Under the pieces are notes generated by a model, which worked only from the letters and a program-made list of their open reading frames with translations, was not told the DNA's origin and ran no database searches. A DNA stretch of 64,000 nucleotides. Source: Eledone cirrhosa. Its lineage: Eukaryota. The position numbers and the translations under genes are program-made. The DNA lies in assembly GCA_964016885.1 (NCBI GenBank), contig OZ024762.1:30752001-30816000 (forward strand), read 5' to 3'. Shown in pieces: positions 39,001 to 53,560 of the stretch (its first letter is position 1; each line of letters starts with the position of its first letter).

Positions 39001-42000
39001 TGGTATTAGCTGTCAGAAGTAACTCCACTGTTGGTGAGAATTCATTTAAGTTCATGGTACTAGCTGTCAGAAGTAACTCCAATGTTAGTGAGAATTCATT
39101 TAAGTTCATGGTATTAGCTGTCAGAAGTAACTCCACTGTTGGTGAGAATTCATTTAAGTCATGGTATTAGCTGTCAGAAGTAACTCCAATGTTGGTGAGA
39201 ATTCATTTAAGTTCATGGTATTAGCTGTCAGAAGTAACTCCACTCTTGGTGAGCATTCATTTATGTTCATGGTATTAGCTGTCAGAAGTCACTCCACTGT
39301 TGGTGAGAATTCATTTAAGTTCATGGTACTAGCTGTCAAAAGTAACCCCAATGTTGGTGAGAATTCATTTAAGTTCATGGTATTAGCTGTCAGAAGTCAC
39401 TCCAATGTTGGTGAGAATTCATTTAAGTTCATGGTATTAGCTGTCAGAAGTAACTCCACTGTTGGTGAGAATTCATTTAAGTTCATGGTATTAGTTTGTC
39501 AGAAGTAACTCCACTGTTGGTGAGAATTCATTTAAGTCATGGTACTAGCTGTCAGAAGTAACTCCAATGTTGGTGAGAATTCATTTAAGTCATGGTATTA
39601 GTTGTCAGAAGTAACTCCAATGTTGGTGAGAATTCATTTAAGTTCATGGTACTAGCTGTCAGAAGTAACTCCATTGTTGGTGAGAATTCATTGAAGTTGA
39701 TGGTACTAGCTGTCAGAAGTAACTCCACTGTTGGTGAGAATTCATTTAAGTTCATGGTATTAGTTTGTCAGAAGTAACTCCACTGTTGGTGAGAATTCAT
39801 TTAAGTCATGGTATTAGTTGTCAGAAGTAACTCCAATGTTGGTGAGAATTCATTTAAGTTCATGGTATTAGCTGTCAGAAGGAACTCCACTGTTGGTGAG
39901 AATTCATTTAAGTTCATGGTATTAGCTGTCAGAAGGAACTCCAATGTTGGTGAGAATTCATTTAAGTCATGGTACTAGCTGTCAGAAGTAACTCCACTGT
40001 TGGTGAGAATTCATTTAAGTTCATGGTATTAGCTGTCAGAAGGAACGCCACTGTTGGTGAGAATTCATTTAAGTTCATGGTATTAGCTGTCAGAAGTAAC
40101 TCCACTGTTGGTGAGAATTCATTTAAGTTCATGGTACTAGCTGTCAGAAGTAACTCCAATGTTGGTGAGAATTCATTTAAGTTCATGGTATTAGCTGTCA
40201 GAAGCAACTCCACTGTTGGTGAGAATTCATTTAAGTTCATGGTATTAGCTGTCAGAAGTAACTCCACTGTTGTTGAGAATTCATTTAAGTCATGGTATTA
40301 GCTGACAGAAGTAACTCCATTGTTGGTGAGAATTCATTTAAGTCATGGTACTAGCTGTCAGAAGTAACTCCACTGTTGGTTAGAATTCATTTAAGTTCAT
40401 GGTATTAGTTTGTCAGAAGTAACTCCACTGTTGGTGAGAATTCATTTAAGTCATGGTATTAGCTGACAGAAGTAACTCCATTGTTGGTGAGAATTCATTT
40501 AAGTCATGGTACTAGCTGTCAGAAGTAACTCCACTGTTGGTTAGAATTCATTTAAGTTCATGGTATTAGTTTGTCAGAAGTAACTCCACTGTTGGTGAGA
40601 ATTCATTTAAGTCATGGTATTAGTTGTCAGAAGTAACTCCAATGTTGGTGAGAATTCATTTAAGTTCATGGTACTAGCTGTCAGAAGTAACTCCATTGTT
40701 GGTGAGAATTCATTGAAGTTCATGGTACTAGCTGTCAGAAGGAACTCCACTGTTGGTGAGAATTCATTTAAGTTCATGGTATTAGCTGTCAGAAGTAACT
40801 CCACTGTTGGTGAGAATTCATTTAAGTTCATGGTACTAGCTGTCAGAAGTAACTCCAATGTTAGTGAGAATTCATTTAAGTTCATGGTATTAGCTGTCAG
40901 AAGTAACTCCACTGTTGGTGAGAATTCATTTAAGTTCATGGTATTAGCTGTCAGAAGTAACTCCACTGTTGGTGAGCATTCATTTATGTTCATGGTATTA
41001 GCTGTCAGAAGTAACTCCACTGTTGGTGAGAATTCATTTAAGTCATGGTATTAGTTGTCAGAAGTAACTCCAATGTTGGTGAGAATTCATTTAAGTTCAT
41101 GGTACTAGCTGTCAGAAGTAACTCCACTGTTGGTGTGAATTCATTTAAGTTCATGGTATTAGCTGTCAGAAGTAACTCCACTGTTGGTGAGAATTCATTT
41201 AAGTCATGGTATTAACTGTCAGAAGTAACTCCATTGTTGGTGAGAATTCATTTAAGTCATGGTACTAGCTGTCAGAAGTAACTCCACTGTTGGTGAGAAT
41301 TCATTTAAGTTCATGGTACTAGCTGCCAGAAGTAACTCCACTGTTGGTGAGAATTCATTTAAGTTCATGGTACTAGCTGTCAGAAGTAACTCCACTGTTT
41401 GTGAGAATTCATTTAAGTTCATGGTACTAGCTGTCATAAGTAACTCCACTGTTGGTGAGAATTCATTTAAGTTCATGGTATTAGCTGTCAGAAGTCACTC
41501 CACTGTTGGTGAGAATTCATTTAAGTTCATGGTATTAGCTGTCAGAAGGAACTCCACTGTTGGTGAGAATTCATTTAAGTTCATGGTACTAGCTGTCAGA
41601 AGTAACCCCAATGTTGGTGAGAATTCATTTAAGTTCATGGTATTAGCTGACAGAAGTCACTCCAATGTTGGTGAGAATTCATTTAAGTTCATGGTATTAG
41701 CTGTCAGAAGTAACTCCACTGTTGGTGAGAATTCATTTAAGTTCATGGTATTAGCTGTCAGAAGTAACTCCACTGTTGGTGAGAATTCATTTAAGTTCAT
41801 GGTATTAGCTGTCAGAAGTAACTCCACTGTTGGTGAGAATTCATTTAAGTTCATGGTATTAGCTGTCAGAAGGAACTCCAATGTTGGTGAGAAATCATTT
41901 AAGTCATGGTACTAGCTGTCAGAAGTAACTCCACTGTTGGTGAGAATTCATTTAAGTTCATGGTATTAGCTGTCAGAAGGAACGCCACTGTTGGTGAGAA

Positions 42001-45000
42001 TTCATTTAAGTTCATGGTATTAGCTGTCAGAAGTAACTCCACTGTTGGTGAGAATACATTTAAGTTCATCGTACTAGCTGTCAGAAGTAACTCCAATGTT
42101 GGTGAGAATTCATTTAAGTTCATGGTATTAGCTGTCAGAAGGAACTCCACTGTTGGTGAGAATTCATTTAAGTTCATGGTATTAGCTGTCAGAAGTAACT
42201 CCACTGTTGGTGAAAATTCATTTAAGTTCATGGTACTAGTTGTCAGAAGTAACTCCACTGTTGGTGAGAATTCATTTAAGTTCATGGTATTAGTTGTCAG
42301 AAGTAACTCCACTGTTGGTGAGAATTCATTAAGTCATGGAATTAGTTGTCAGAAGTAACTCCAATGTTGGTGAGAATTCATTTAAGTTCATGGTACTAGC
42401 TGTCATAAGTAACTCCACTGTTGGTGAGAATTCATTTAAGTTCATGGTATTAGCTGTCAGAAGTAACTCCACTGTTGGTGATAATTCATTTAAGTCATGG
42501 TATTAGCTGTCAGAAGTAACTCCATTGTTGGTGAGAATTCATTTAAGTCATGGTACTAGCTGTCAGAAGTAACTCCACTGTTGGTGAGAATTCATTTAAG
42601 TTCATGGTATTAGCTGTCAGAAGGAACTCCACTGTTGGTGAGAATTCATTTAAGTTCATGGTACTAGCTGTCAGAAGTAACTCCACTGTTGGTGAGAATT
42701 CATTTAAGTTCATGGTATTAGTTTGTCAGAAGTAACTCCACAGTTGGTGAGAATTCATTTAAGTCATGGTATTAGTTGTCAGAAGTAACTCCAATGTTGG
42801 TGAGAATTCATTTAAGTTCATGGTATTAGCTGTCAGAAGGAACTCCAATGTTGGTGAGAAATCATTTAAGTCATGGTACTAGCTGTCAGAAGTAACTTCA
42901 CTGTTGGTGAGAATTCATTTAAGTTCATGGTATTAGCTGTCAGAAGGAACGCCACTGTTGGTGAGAATTCATTTAAGTTCATGGTATTAGCTGTCAGAAG
43001 TAACTCCACTGTTGGTGAGAATTCATTTAAGTTCATGGTACTAGCTGTCAGAAGTAACTCCAATGTTGGTGAGAATTCATTTAAGTTCATGGTATTAGCT
43101 GTCAGAAGGAACTCCACTGTTGGTGAGAATTCATTTAAGTTCATGGTATTAGCTGTCAGAAGTAACTCCACTGTTGGTGAAAATTCATTTAAGTTCATGG
43201 TACTAGTTGTCAGAAGTAACTCCACTGTTGGTGAGAATTCATTTAAGTTCATGGTATTAGTTGTCAGAAGTAACTCCACTGTTGCTGAGAATTCATTAAG
43301 TCATGGTATTAGTTGTCAGAAGTAACTCCAATGTTGGTGAGAATTCATTTAAGTTCATGGTACTAGCTGTCAGAAGTAACCCCAATGTTGGTGAGAATTC
43401 ATTTAAGTTCATGGTATTAGCTGTCAGAAGTCACTCCAATGTTGGTGAGAATTCATTTAAGTTCATGGTATTAGCTGTCAGAAGTAACTCCACTGTTGGT
43501 GAGAATTCATTTAAGTTCATGGTATTAGTTTGTCAGAAGTAACTCCACTGTTGGTGAGAATTCATTTAAGTCATGGTACTAGCTGTCAGAAGTAACTCCA
43601 ATGTTGGTGAGAATTCATTTAAGTCATGGTATTAGTTGTCAGAAGTAACTCCAATGTTGGTGAGAATTAATTTAAGTTCATGGTACTAGCTGTCAGAAGT
43701 AACTCCATTGTTGGTGAGAATTCATTGAAGTTCATGGTACTAGCTGTCAGAAGTAACTCCACTGTTGGTGAGAATTCATTTAAGTTCATGGTATTAGTTT
43801 GTCAGAAGTAACTCCACTGTTGGTGAGAATTCATTTAAGTCATGGTATTAGTTGTCAGAAGTAACTCCAATGTTGGTGAGAATTCATTTAAGTTCATGGT
43901 ATTAGCTGTCAGAAGGAACTCCACTGTTGGTGAGAATTCATTTAAGTTCATGGTATTAGCTGTCAGAAGGAACTCCAATGTTGGTGAGAATTCATTTAAG
44001 TCATGGTACTAGCTGTCAGAAGTAACTCCACTGTTGGTGAGAATTCATTTAAGTTCATGGTATTAGCTGTCAGAAGGAACGCCACTGTTGGTGAGAATTC
44101 ATTTAAGTTCATGGTATTAGCTGTCAGAAGTAACTCCATTGTTGGTGAGAATTCATTTAAGTCATGGTACTAGCTGTCAGAAGTAACTCCACTGTTGGTT
44201 AGAATTCATTTAAGTTCATGGTATTAGTTTGTCAGAAGTAACTCCACTGTTGGTGAGAATTCATTTAAGTCATGGTATTAGTTGTCAGAAGTAACTCCAA
44301 TGTTGGTGAGAATTCATTTAAGTTCATGGTACTAGCTGTCAGAAGTAACTCCATTGTTGGTGAGAATTCATTGAAGTTCATGGTACTAGCTGTCAGAAGG
44401 AACTCCACTGTTGGTGAGAATTCATTTAAGTTCATGGTATTAGCTGTCAGAAGTAACTCCACTGTTGGTGAGAATTCATTTAAGTTCATGGTACTAGCTG
44501 TCAGAAGTAACTCCAATGTTAGTGAGAATTCATTTAAGTTCATGGTATTAGCTGTCAGAAGTAACTCCACTGTTGGTGAGAATTCATTTAAGTCATGGTA
44601 TTAGCTGTCAGAAGTAACTCCAATGTTGGTGAGAATTCATTGAAGTTCATGGTATTAGCTGTCAGAAGTAACTCCACTGTTGGTGAGAATTCATTTAAGT
44701 TCATGGTACTAGCTGTCAGAAGTAACTCCAATGTTAGTGAGAATTCATTTAAGTTCATGGTATTAGCTGTCAGAAGTAACTCCACTGTTGGTGAGAATTC
44801 ATTTAAGTCATGGTATTAGCTGTCAGAAGTAACTCCAATGTTGGTGAGAATTCATTTAAGTTCATGGTATTAGCTGTCAGAAGTAACTCCACTGTTGGTG
44901 AGCATTCATTTATGTTCATGGTACTAGCTGTCAGAAGTAACCCCAATGTTGGTGAGAATTCATTTAAGTTCATGGTATTAGCTGTCAGAAGTCACTCCAA

Positions 45001-48000
45001 TGTTGGTGAGAATTCATTTAAGTTCATGGTATTAGCTGTCAGAAGTAACTCCACTGTTGGTGAGAATTCATTTAAGTTCATGGTATTAGTTTGTCAGAAG
45101 TAACTCCACTGTTGGTGAGAATTCATTTAAGTCATGGTACTAGCTGTCAGAAGTAACTCCAATGTTGGTGAGAATTCATTTAAGTCATGGTATTAGTTGT
45201 CAGAAGTAACTCCAATGTTGGTGAGAATTCATTTAAGTTCATGGTACTAGCTGTCAGAAGTAACTCCATTGTTGGTGAGAATTCATTGAAGTTGATGGTA
45301 CTAGCTGTCAGAAGTAACTCCACTGTTGGTGAGAATTCATTTAAGTTCATGGTATTAGTTTGTCAGAAGTAACTCCACTGTTGGTGAGAATTCATTTAAG
45401 TCATGGTATTAGTTGTCAGAAGTAACTCCAATGTTGGTGAGAATTCATTTAAGTTCATGGTATTAGCTGTCAGAAGGAACTCCACTGTTGGTGAGAATTC
45501 ATTTAAGTTCATGGTATTAGCTGTCAGAAGGAACTCCAATGTTGGTGAGAATTCATTTAAGTCATGGTACTAGCTGTCAGAAGTAACTCCACTGTTGGTG
45601 AGAATTCATTTAAGTTCATGGTATTAGCTGTCAGAAGGAACGCCACTGTTGGTGAGAATTCATTTAAGTTCATGGTATTAGCTGTCAGAAGTAACTCCAC
45701 TGTTGGTGAGAATTCATTTAAGTTCATGGTACTAGCTGTCAGAAGTAACTCCAATGTTGGTGAGAATTCATTTAAGTTCATGGTATTAGCTGTCAGAAGC
45801 AACTCCACTGTTGGTGAGAATTCATTTAAGTTCATGGTATTAGCTGTCAGAAGTAACTCCACTGTTGTTGAGAATTCATTTAAGTCATGGTATTAGCTGA
45901 CAGAAGTAACTCCATTGTTGGTGAGAATTCATTTAAGTCATGGTACTAGCTGTCAGAAGTAACTCCACTGTTGGTTAGAATTCATTTAAGTTCATGGTAT
46001 TAGTTTGTCAGAAGTAACTCCACTGTTGGTGAGAATTCATTTAAGTCATGGTATTAGTTGTCAGAAGTAACTCCAATGTTGGTGAGAATTCATTTAAGTT
46101 CATGGTACTAGCTGTCAGAAGTAACTCCATTGTTGGTGAGAATTCATTGAAGTTCATGGTACTAGCTGTCAGAAGGAACTCCACTGTTGGTGAGAATTCA
46201 TTTAAGTTCATGGTATTAGCTGTCAGAAGTAACTCCACTGTTGGTGAGAATTCATTTAAGTTCATGGTACTAGCTGTCAGAAGTAACTCCAATGTTAGTG
46301 AGAATTCATTTAAGTTCATGGTATTAGCTGTCAGAAGTAACTCCACTGTTGGTGAGAATTCATTTAAGTTCATGGTATTAGCTGTCAGAAGTAACTCCAC
46401 TGTTGGTGAGCATTCATTTATGTTCATGGTATTAGCTGTCAGAAGTAACTCCACTGTTGGTGAGAATTCATTTAAGTTCATGGTATTAGTTTGTCAGAAG
46501 TAACTCCACTGTTGGTGAGAATTCATTTAAGTCATGGTATTAGTTGTCAGAAGTAACTCCAATGTTGGTGAGAATTCATTTAAGTTCATGGTACTAGCTG
46601 TCAGAAGTAACTCCACTGTTGGTGTGAATTCATTTAAGTTCATGGTATTAGCTGTCAGAAGTAACTCCACTGTTGGTGAGAATTCATTTAAGTCATGGTA
46701 TTAGCTGTCAGAAGTAACTCCATTGTTGGTGAGAATTCATTTAAGTCATTGTACTAGCTGTCAGAAGTAACTCCACTGTTGGTGAGAATTCATTTAAGTT
46801 CATGGTACTAGCTGCCAGAAGTAACTCCACTGTTGGTGAGAATTCATTTAAGTTCATGGTACTAGCTGTCAGAAGTAACTCCACTGTTTGTGAGAATTCA
46901 TTTAAGTTCATGGTATTAGCTGTCAGAAGTCACTCCACTGTTGGTGAGAATTCATTTAAGTTCATGGTATTAGCTGTCAGAAGGAACTCCACTGTTGGTG
47001 AGAATTCATTTAAGTTCATGGTACTAGCTGTCAGAAGTAACCCCAATGTTGGTGAGAATTCATTTAAGTTCATGGTATTAGCTGACAGAAGTCACTCCAA
47101 TGTTGGTGAGAATTCATTTAAGTTCATGGTATTAGCTGTCAGAAGTAACTCCACTGTTGGTGAGAATTCATTTAAGTTCATGGTATTAGCTGTCAGAAGT
47201 AACTCCACTGTTGGTGAGAATTCATTTAAGTTCATGGTATTAGCTGTCAGAAGTAACTCCACTGTTGGTGAGAATTCATTTAAGTTCATGGTATTAGCTG
47301 TCAGAAGGAACTCCAATGTTGGTGAGAAATCATTTAAGTCATGGTACTAGCTGTCAGAAGTAACTCCACTGTTGGTGAGAATTCATTTAAGTTCATGGTA
47401 TTAGCTGTCAGAAGGAACGCCACTGTTGGTGAGAATTCATTTAAGTTCATGGTATTAGCTGTCAGAAGTAACTCCACTGTTGGTGAGAATTCATTTAAGT
47501 TCATGGTACTAGCTGTCAGAAGTAACTCCAATGTTGGTGAGAATTCATTTAAGTTCATGGTATTAGCTGTCAGAAGGAACTCCACTGTTGGTGAGAATTC
47601 ATTTAAGTTCATGGTATTAGCTGTCAGAAGTAACTCCACTGTTGGTGAAAATTCATTTAAGTTCATGGTACTAGTTGTCAGAAGTAACTCCACTGTTGGT
47701 GAGAATTCATTTAAGTTCATGGTATTAGTTGTCAGAAGTAACTCCACTGTTGGTGAGAATTCATTAAGTCATGGAATTAGTTGTCAGAAGTAACTCCAAT
47801 GTTGGTGAGAATTCATTTAAGTTCATGGTACTAGCTGTCATAAGTAACTCCACTGTTGGTGATAATTCATTTAAGTTCATGGTATTAGCTGTCAGAAGTA
47901 ACTCCACTGTTGGTGATAATTCATTTAAGTCATGGTATTAGCTGTCAGAAGTAACTCCATTGTTGGTGAGAATTCATTTAAGTCATGGTACTAGCTGTCA
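31575..48000 (+). repeat. Large higher-order repeat of ~5.6-6.5 kb; copies begin at ~31575, ~37977 and ~43626 (third copy truncated)
   Basis: Offsets of 6402 (31575/37977, 32221/38623, 32759/39161, 33190/39592), 6562 (34697/41259, 35344/41906) and 5649 (37224/42873, 38623/44272, 39161/44810). Shared markers: ggtgtgaatt, gctgacagaagtcac, catggaattag, ctgttgttgag. Confidence 0.88.
35344..37676 (+). repeat. 18/17-monomer higher-order repeat (967 and 913 bp units)
   Basis: Unit starts at 35344, 36311 (+967) and 37224 (+913). Markers catggaattag (~35773/~36686), ccacagttg (~36176/~37089), aacttcact (~36332/~37245). Confidence 0.88.
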
Positions 48001-51000
48001 GAAGTAACTCCACTGTTGGTGAGAATTCATTGAAGTTCATGGTATTAGCTGTCAGAAGTAACTCCACTGTTGGTGAGAATTCATTTAAGTTCATGGTACT
48101 AGCTGTCAGAAGTAACTCCAATGTTAGTGAGAATTCATTTAAGTTCATGGTATTAGCTGTCAGAAGTAACTCCACTGTTGGTGAGAATTCATTTAAGTCA
48201 TGGTATTAGCTGTCAGAAGTAACTCCAATGTTGGTGAGAATTCATTTAAGTTCATGGTATTAGCTGTCAGAAGTAACTCCACTGTTGGTGAGCATTCATT
48301 TATGTTCATGGTATTAGCTGTCAGAAGTCACTCCACTGTTGGTGAGAATTCATTTATGTTCATGGTACTAGCTGTCAGAAGTAACCCCAATGTTGGTGAG
48401 AATTCATTTAAGTTCATGGTATTAGCTGTCAGAAGTCACTCCAATGTTGGTGAGAATTCATTTAAGTTCATGGTATTAGCTGTCAGAAGTAACTCCACTG
48501 TTGGTGAGAATTCATTTAAGTTCATGGTATTAGTTTGTCAGAAGTAACTCCACTGTTGGTGAGAATTCATTTAAGTCATGGTACTAGCTGTCAGAAGTAA
48601 CTCCAATGTTGGTGAGAATTCATTTAAGTCATGGTATTAGTTGTCAGAAGTAACTCCAATGTTGGTGAGAATTCATTTAAGTTCATGGTACTAGCTGTCA
48701 GAAGTAACTCCATTGTTGGTGAGAATTCATTGAAGTTGATGGTACTAGCTGTCAGAAGTAACTCCACTGTTGGTGAGAATTCATTTAAGTTCATGGTATT
48801 AGTTTGTCAGAAGTAACTCCACTGTTGGTGAGAATTCATTTAAGTCATGGTATTAGTTGTCAGAAGTAACTCCAATGTTGGTGAGAATTCATTTAAGTTC
48901 ATGGTATTAGCTGTCAGAAGGAACTCCACTGTTGGTGAGAATTCATTTAAGTTCATGGTATTAGCTGTCAGAAGGAACTCCAATGTTGGTGAGAATTCAT
49001 TTAAGTCATGGTACTAGCTGTCAGAAGTAACTCCACTGTTGGTGAGAATTCATTTAAGTTCATGGTATTAGCTGTCAGAAGGAACGCCACTGTTGGTGAG
49101 AATTCATTTAAGTTCATGGTATTAGCTGTCAGAAGTAACTCCACTGTTGGTGAGAATTCATTTAAGTTCATGGTACTAGCTGTCAGAAGTAACTCCAATG
49201 TTGGTGAGAATTCATTTAAGTTCATGGTATTAGCTGTCAGAAGCAACTCCACTGTTGGTGAGAATTCATTTAAGTTCATGGTATTAGCTGTCAGAAGTAA
49301 CTCCACTGTTGTTGAGAATTCATTTAAGTCATGGTATTAGCTGACAGAAGTAACTCCATTGTTGGTGAGAATTCATTTAAGTCATGGTACTAGCTGTCAG
49401 AAGTAACTCCACTGTTGGTTAGAATTCATTTAAGTTCATGGTATTAGTTTGTCAGAAGTAACTCCACTGTTGGTGAGAATTCATTTAAGTCATGGTATTA
49501 GTTGTCAGAAGTAACTCCAATGTTGGTGAGAATTCATTTAAGTTCATGGTACTAGCTGTCAGAAGTAACTCCATTGTTGGTGAGAATTCATTGAAGTTCA
49601 TGGTACTAGCTGTCAGAAGGAACTCCACTGTTGGTGAGAATTCATTTAAGTTCATGGTATTAGCTGTCAGAAGTAACTCCACTGTTGGTGAGAATTCATT
49701 TAAGTTCATGGTACTAGCTGTCAGAAGTAACTCCAATGTTAGTGAGAATTCATTTAAGTTCATGGTATTAGCTGTCAGAAGTAACTCCACTGTTGGTGAG
49801 AATTCATTTAAGTTCATGGTATTAGCTGTCAGAAGTAACTCCACTGTTGGTGAGCATTCATTTATGTTCATGGTATTAGCTGTCAGAAGTAACTCCACTG
49901 TTGGTGAGAATTCATTTAAGTTCATGGTATTAGTTTGTCAGAAGTAACTCCACTGTTGGTGAGAATTCATTTAAGTCATGGTATTAGTTGTCAGAAGTAA
50001 CTCCAATGTTGGTGAGAATTCATTTAAGTTCATGGTACTAGCTGTCAGAAGTAACTCCACTGTTGGTGTGAATTCATTTAAGTTCATGGTATTAGCTGTC
50101 AGAAGTAACTCCACTGTTGGTGAGAATTCATTTAAGTCATGGTATTAGCTGTCAGAAGTAACTCCATTGTTGGTGAGAATTCATTTAAGTCATTGTACTA
50201 GCTGTCAGAAGTAACTCCACTGTTGGTGAGAATTCATTTAAGTTCATGGTACTAGCTGCCAGAAGTAACTCCACTGTTGGTGAGAATTCATTTAAGTTCA
50301 TGGTACTAGCTGTCAGAAGTAACTCCACTGTTTGTGAGAATTCATTTAAGTTCATGGTATTAGCTGTCAGAAGTCACTCCACTGTTGGTGAGAATTCATT
50401 TAAGTTCATGGTATTAGCTGTCAGAAGGAACTCCACTGTTGGTGAGAATTCATTTAAGTTCATGGTACTAGCTGTCAGAAGTAACCCCAATGTTGGTGAG
50501 AATTCATTTAAGTTCATGGTATTAGCTGACAGAAGTCACTCCAATGTTGGTGAGAATTCATTTAAGTTCATGGTATTAGCTGTCAGAAGTAACTCCACTG
50601 TTGGTGAGAATTCATTTAAGTTCATGGTATTAGCTGTCAGAAGTAACTCCACTGTTGGTGAGAATTCATTTAAGTTCATGGTATTAGCTGTCAGAAGTAA
50701 CTCCACTGTTGGTGAGAATTCATTTAAGTTCATGGTATTAGCTGTCAGAAGGAACTCCAATGTTGGTGAGAAATCATTTAAGTCATGGTACTAGCTGTCA
50801 GAAGTAACTCCACTGTTGGTGAGAATTCATTTAAGTTCATGGTATTAGCTGTCAGAAGGAACGCCACTGTTGGTGAGAATTCATTTAAGTTCATGGTATT
50901 AGCTGTCAGAAGTAACTCCACTGTTGGTGAGAATTCATTTAAGTTCATGGTACTAGCTGTCAGAAGTAACTCCAATGTTGGTGAGAATTCATTTAAGTTC

Positions 51001-51460
51001 ATGGTATTAGCTGTCAGAAGGAACTCCACTGTTGGTGAGAATTCATTTAAGTTCATGGTATTAGCTGTCAGAAGTAACTCCACTGTTGGTGAAAATTCAT
51101 TTAAGTTCATGGTACTAGTTGTCAGAAGTAACTCCACTGTTGGTGAGAATTCATTTAAGTTCATGGTATTAGTTGTCAGAAGTAACTCCACTGTTGGTGA
51201 GAATTCATTAAGTCATGGAATTAGTTGTCAGAAGTAACTCCAATGTTGGTGAGAATTCATTTAAGTTCATGGTACTAGCTGTCATAAGTAACTCCACTGT
51301 TGGTGAGAATTCATTTAAGTTCATGGTACTAGCTGTCAGAAGTAACTCCACTGTTGGTGATAATTCATTTAAGTCATGGTATTAGCTGTCAGAAGTAACT
51401 CCATTGTTGGTGAGAATTCATTTAAGTCATGGTACTAGCTGTCAGAAGTAACTCCACTGT
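44625..51460 (+). repeat. Tandem duplication with period 3444 bp (64 monomers; 3390 at the left end where one monomer is missing)
   Basis: ORF pairs 45187/48631, 45564/49008, 46048/49492, 46802/50246 and 47341/50785 are offset by 3444; 44810/48200 by 3390. Private marker aagtcattgtac at ~46743 and ~50187. Confidence 0.92.
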
Positions 51461-53560
51461 TGGTGAGAATTCATTTAAGTTCATGGTATTAGCTGTCAGA
51501 AGGAACTCCACTGTTGGTGAGAATTCATTTAAGTTCATGGTACTAGCTGTCAGAAGTAACTCCACTGTTGGTGAGAATTCATTTAAGTTCATGGTATTAG
51601 TTTGTCAGAAGTAACTCCACAGTTGGTGAGAATTCATTTAAGTCATGGTATTAGTTGTCAGAAGTAACTCCAATGTTGGTGAGAATTCATTTAAGTTCAT
51701 GGTATTAGCTGTCAGAAGGAACTCCAATGTTGGTGAGAAATCATTTAAGTCATGGTACTAGCTGTCAGAAGTAACTTCACTGTTGGTGAGAATTCATTTA
51801 AGTTCATGGTATTAGCTGTCAGAAGGAACGCCACTGTTGGTGAGAATTCATTTAAGTTCATGGTATTAGCTGTCAGAAGTAACTCCACTGTTGGTGAGAA
51901 TTCATTTAAGTTCATGGTACTAGCTGTCAGAAGTAACTCCAATGTTGGTGAGAATTCATTTAAGTTCATGGTATTAGCTGTCAGAAGGAACTCCACTGTT
52001 GGTGAGAATTCATTTAAGTTCATGGTATTAGCTGTCAGAAGTAACTCCACTGTTGGTGAAAATTCATTTAAGTTCATGGTATTAGTTGTCAGAAGTAACT
52101 CCACTGTTGGTGAGAATTCATTAAGTCATGGAATTAGTTGTCAGAAGTAACTCCAATGTTGGTGAGAATTCATTTAAGTTCATGGTACTAGCTGTCATAA
52201 GTAACTCCACTGTTGGTGAGAATTCATTTAAGTTCATGGTACTAGCTGTCAGAAGTAACTCCACTGTTGGTGATAATTCATTTAAGTCATGGTATTAGCT
52301 GTCAGAAGTAACTCCATTGTTGGTGAGAATTCATTTAAGTCATGGTACTAGCTGTCAGAAGTAACTCCACTGTTGGTGAGAATTCATTTAAGTTCATGGT
52401 ATTAGCTGTCAGAAGGAACTCCACTGTTGGTGAGAATTCATTTAAGTTCATGGTACTAGCTGTCAGAAGTAACTCCACTGTTGGTGAGAATTCATTTAAG
52501 TTCATGGTATTAGTTTGTCAGAAGTAACTCCACAGTTGGTGAGAATTCATTTAAGTCATGGTATTAGTTGTCAGAAGTAACTCCAATGTTGGTGAGAATT
52601 CATTTAAGTTCATGGTATTAGCTGTCAGAAGGAACTCCAATGTTGGTGAGAAATCATTTAAGTCATGGTACTAGCTGTCAGAAGTAACTTCACTGTTGGT
52701 GAGAATTCATTTAAGTTCATGGTATTAGCTGTCAGAAGGAACGCCACTGTTGGTGAGAATTCATTTAAGTTCATGGTATTAGCTGTCAGAAGTAACTCCA
52801 CTGTTGGTGAGAATTCATTTAAGTTCATGGTACTAGCTGTCAGAAGTAACTCCAATGTTGGTGAGAATTCATTTAAGTTCATGGTATTAGCTGTCAGAAG
52901 GAACTCCACTGTTGGTGAGAATTCATTTAAGTTCATGGTATTAGCTGTCAGAAGTAACTCCACTGTTGGTGAAAATTCATTTAAGTTCATGGTACTAGTT
53001 GTCAGAAGTAACTCCACTGTTGGTGAGAATTCATTTAAGTTCATGGTATTAGTTGTCAGAAGTAACTCCACTGTTGCTGAGAATTCATTAAGTCATGGTA
53101 TTAGTTGTCAGAAGTAACTCCAATGTTGGTGAGAATTCATTTAAGTTCATTGTACTAGCTGTCAGAAGTAACTCCACTGTTGGTGAGAATTCATTTAAGT
53201 TCATGGTATTAGCTGTCAGAAGTAACTCCACTGTTGGTGATAATTCATTTAAGTCATGGTATTAGCTGTCAGAAGTAACTCCATTGTTGCTGAGAATTCA
53301 TTTAAGTCATGGTACTAGCTGTCAGAAGTAACTCCACTGTTGGTGAGAATTCATTTAAGTTCATGGTATTAGCTGTCAGAAGGAACTCCACTGTTGGTGA
53401 GAATTCATTTAAGTTCATGGTACTAGCTGTCAGAAGTAACTCCACTGTTGGTGAGAATTCATTTAAGTTCATGGTATTAGTTTGTCAGAAGTAACTCCAC
53501 TGTTGGTGAGAATTCATTTAAGTCATGGTATTAGTTGTCAGAAGTAACTCCAATGTTGGT
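50785..53560 (+). repeat. Second run of the 18/17-monomer higher-order repeat (967 and 913 bp units)
   Basis: Unit starts at 50785, 51752 (+967) and 52665 (+913). The 61-aa ORF recurs at 51429, 52342 and 53309. Confidence 0.88.
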
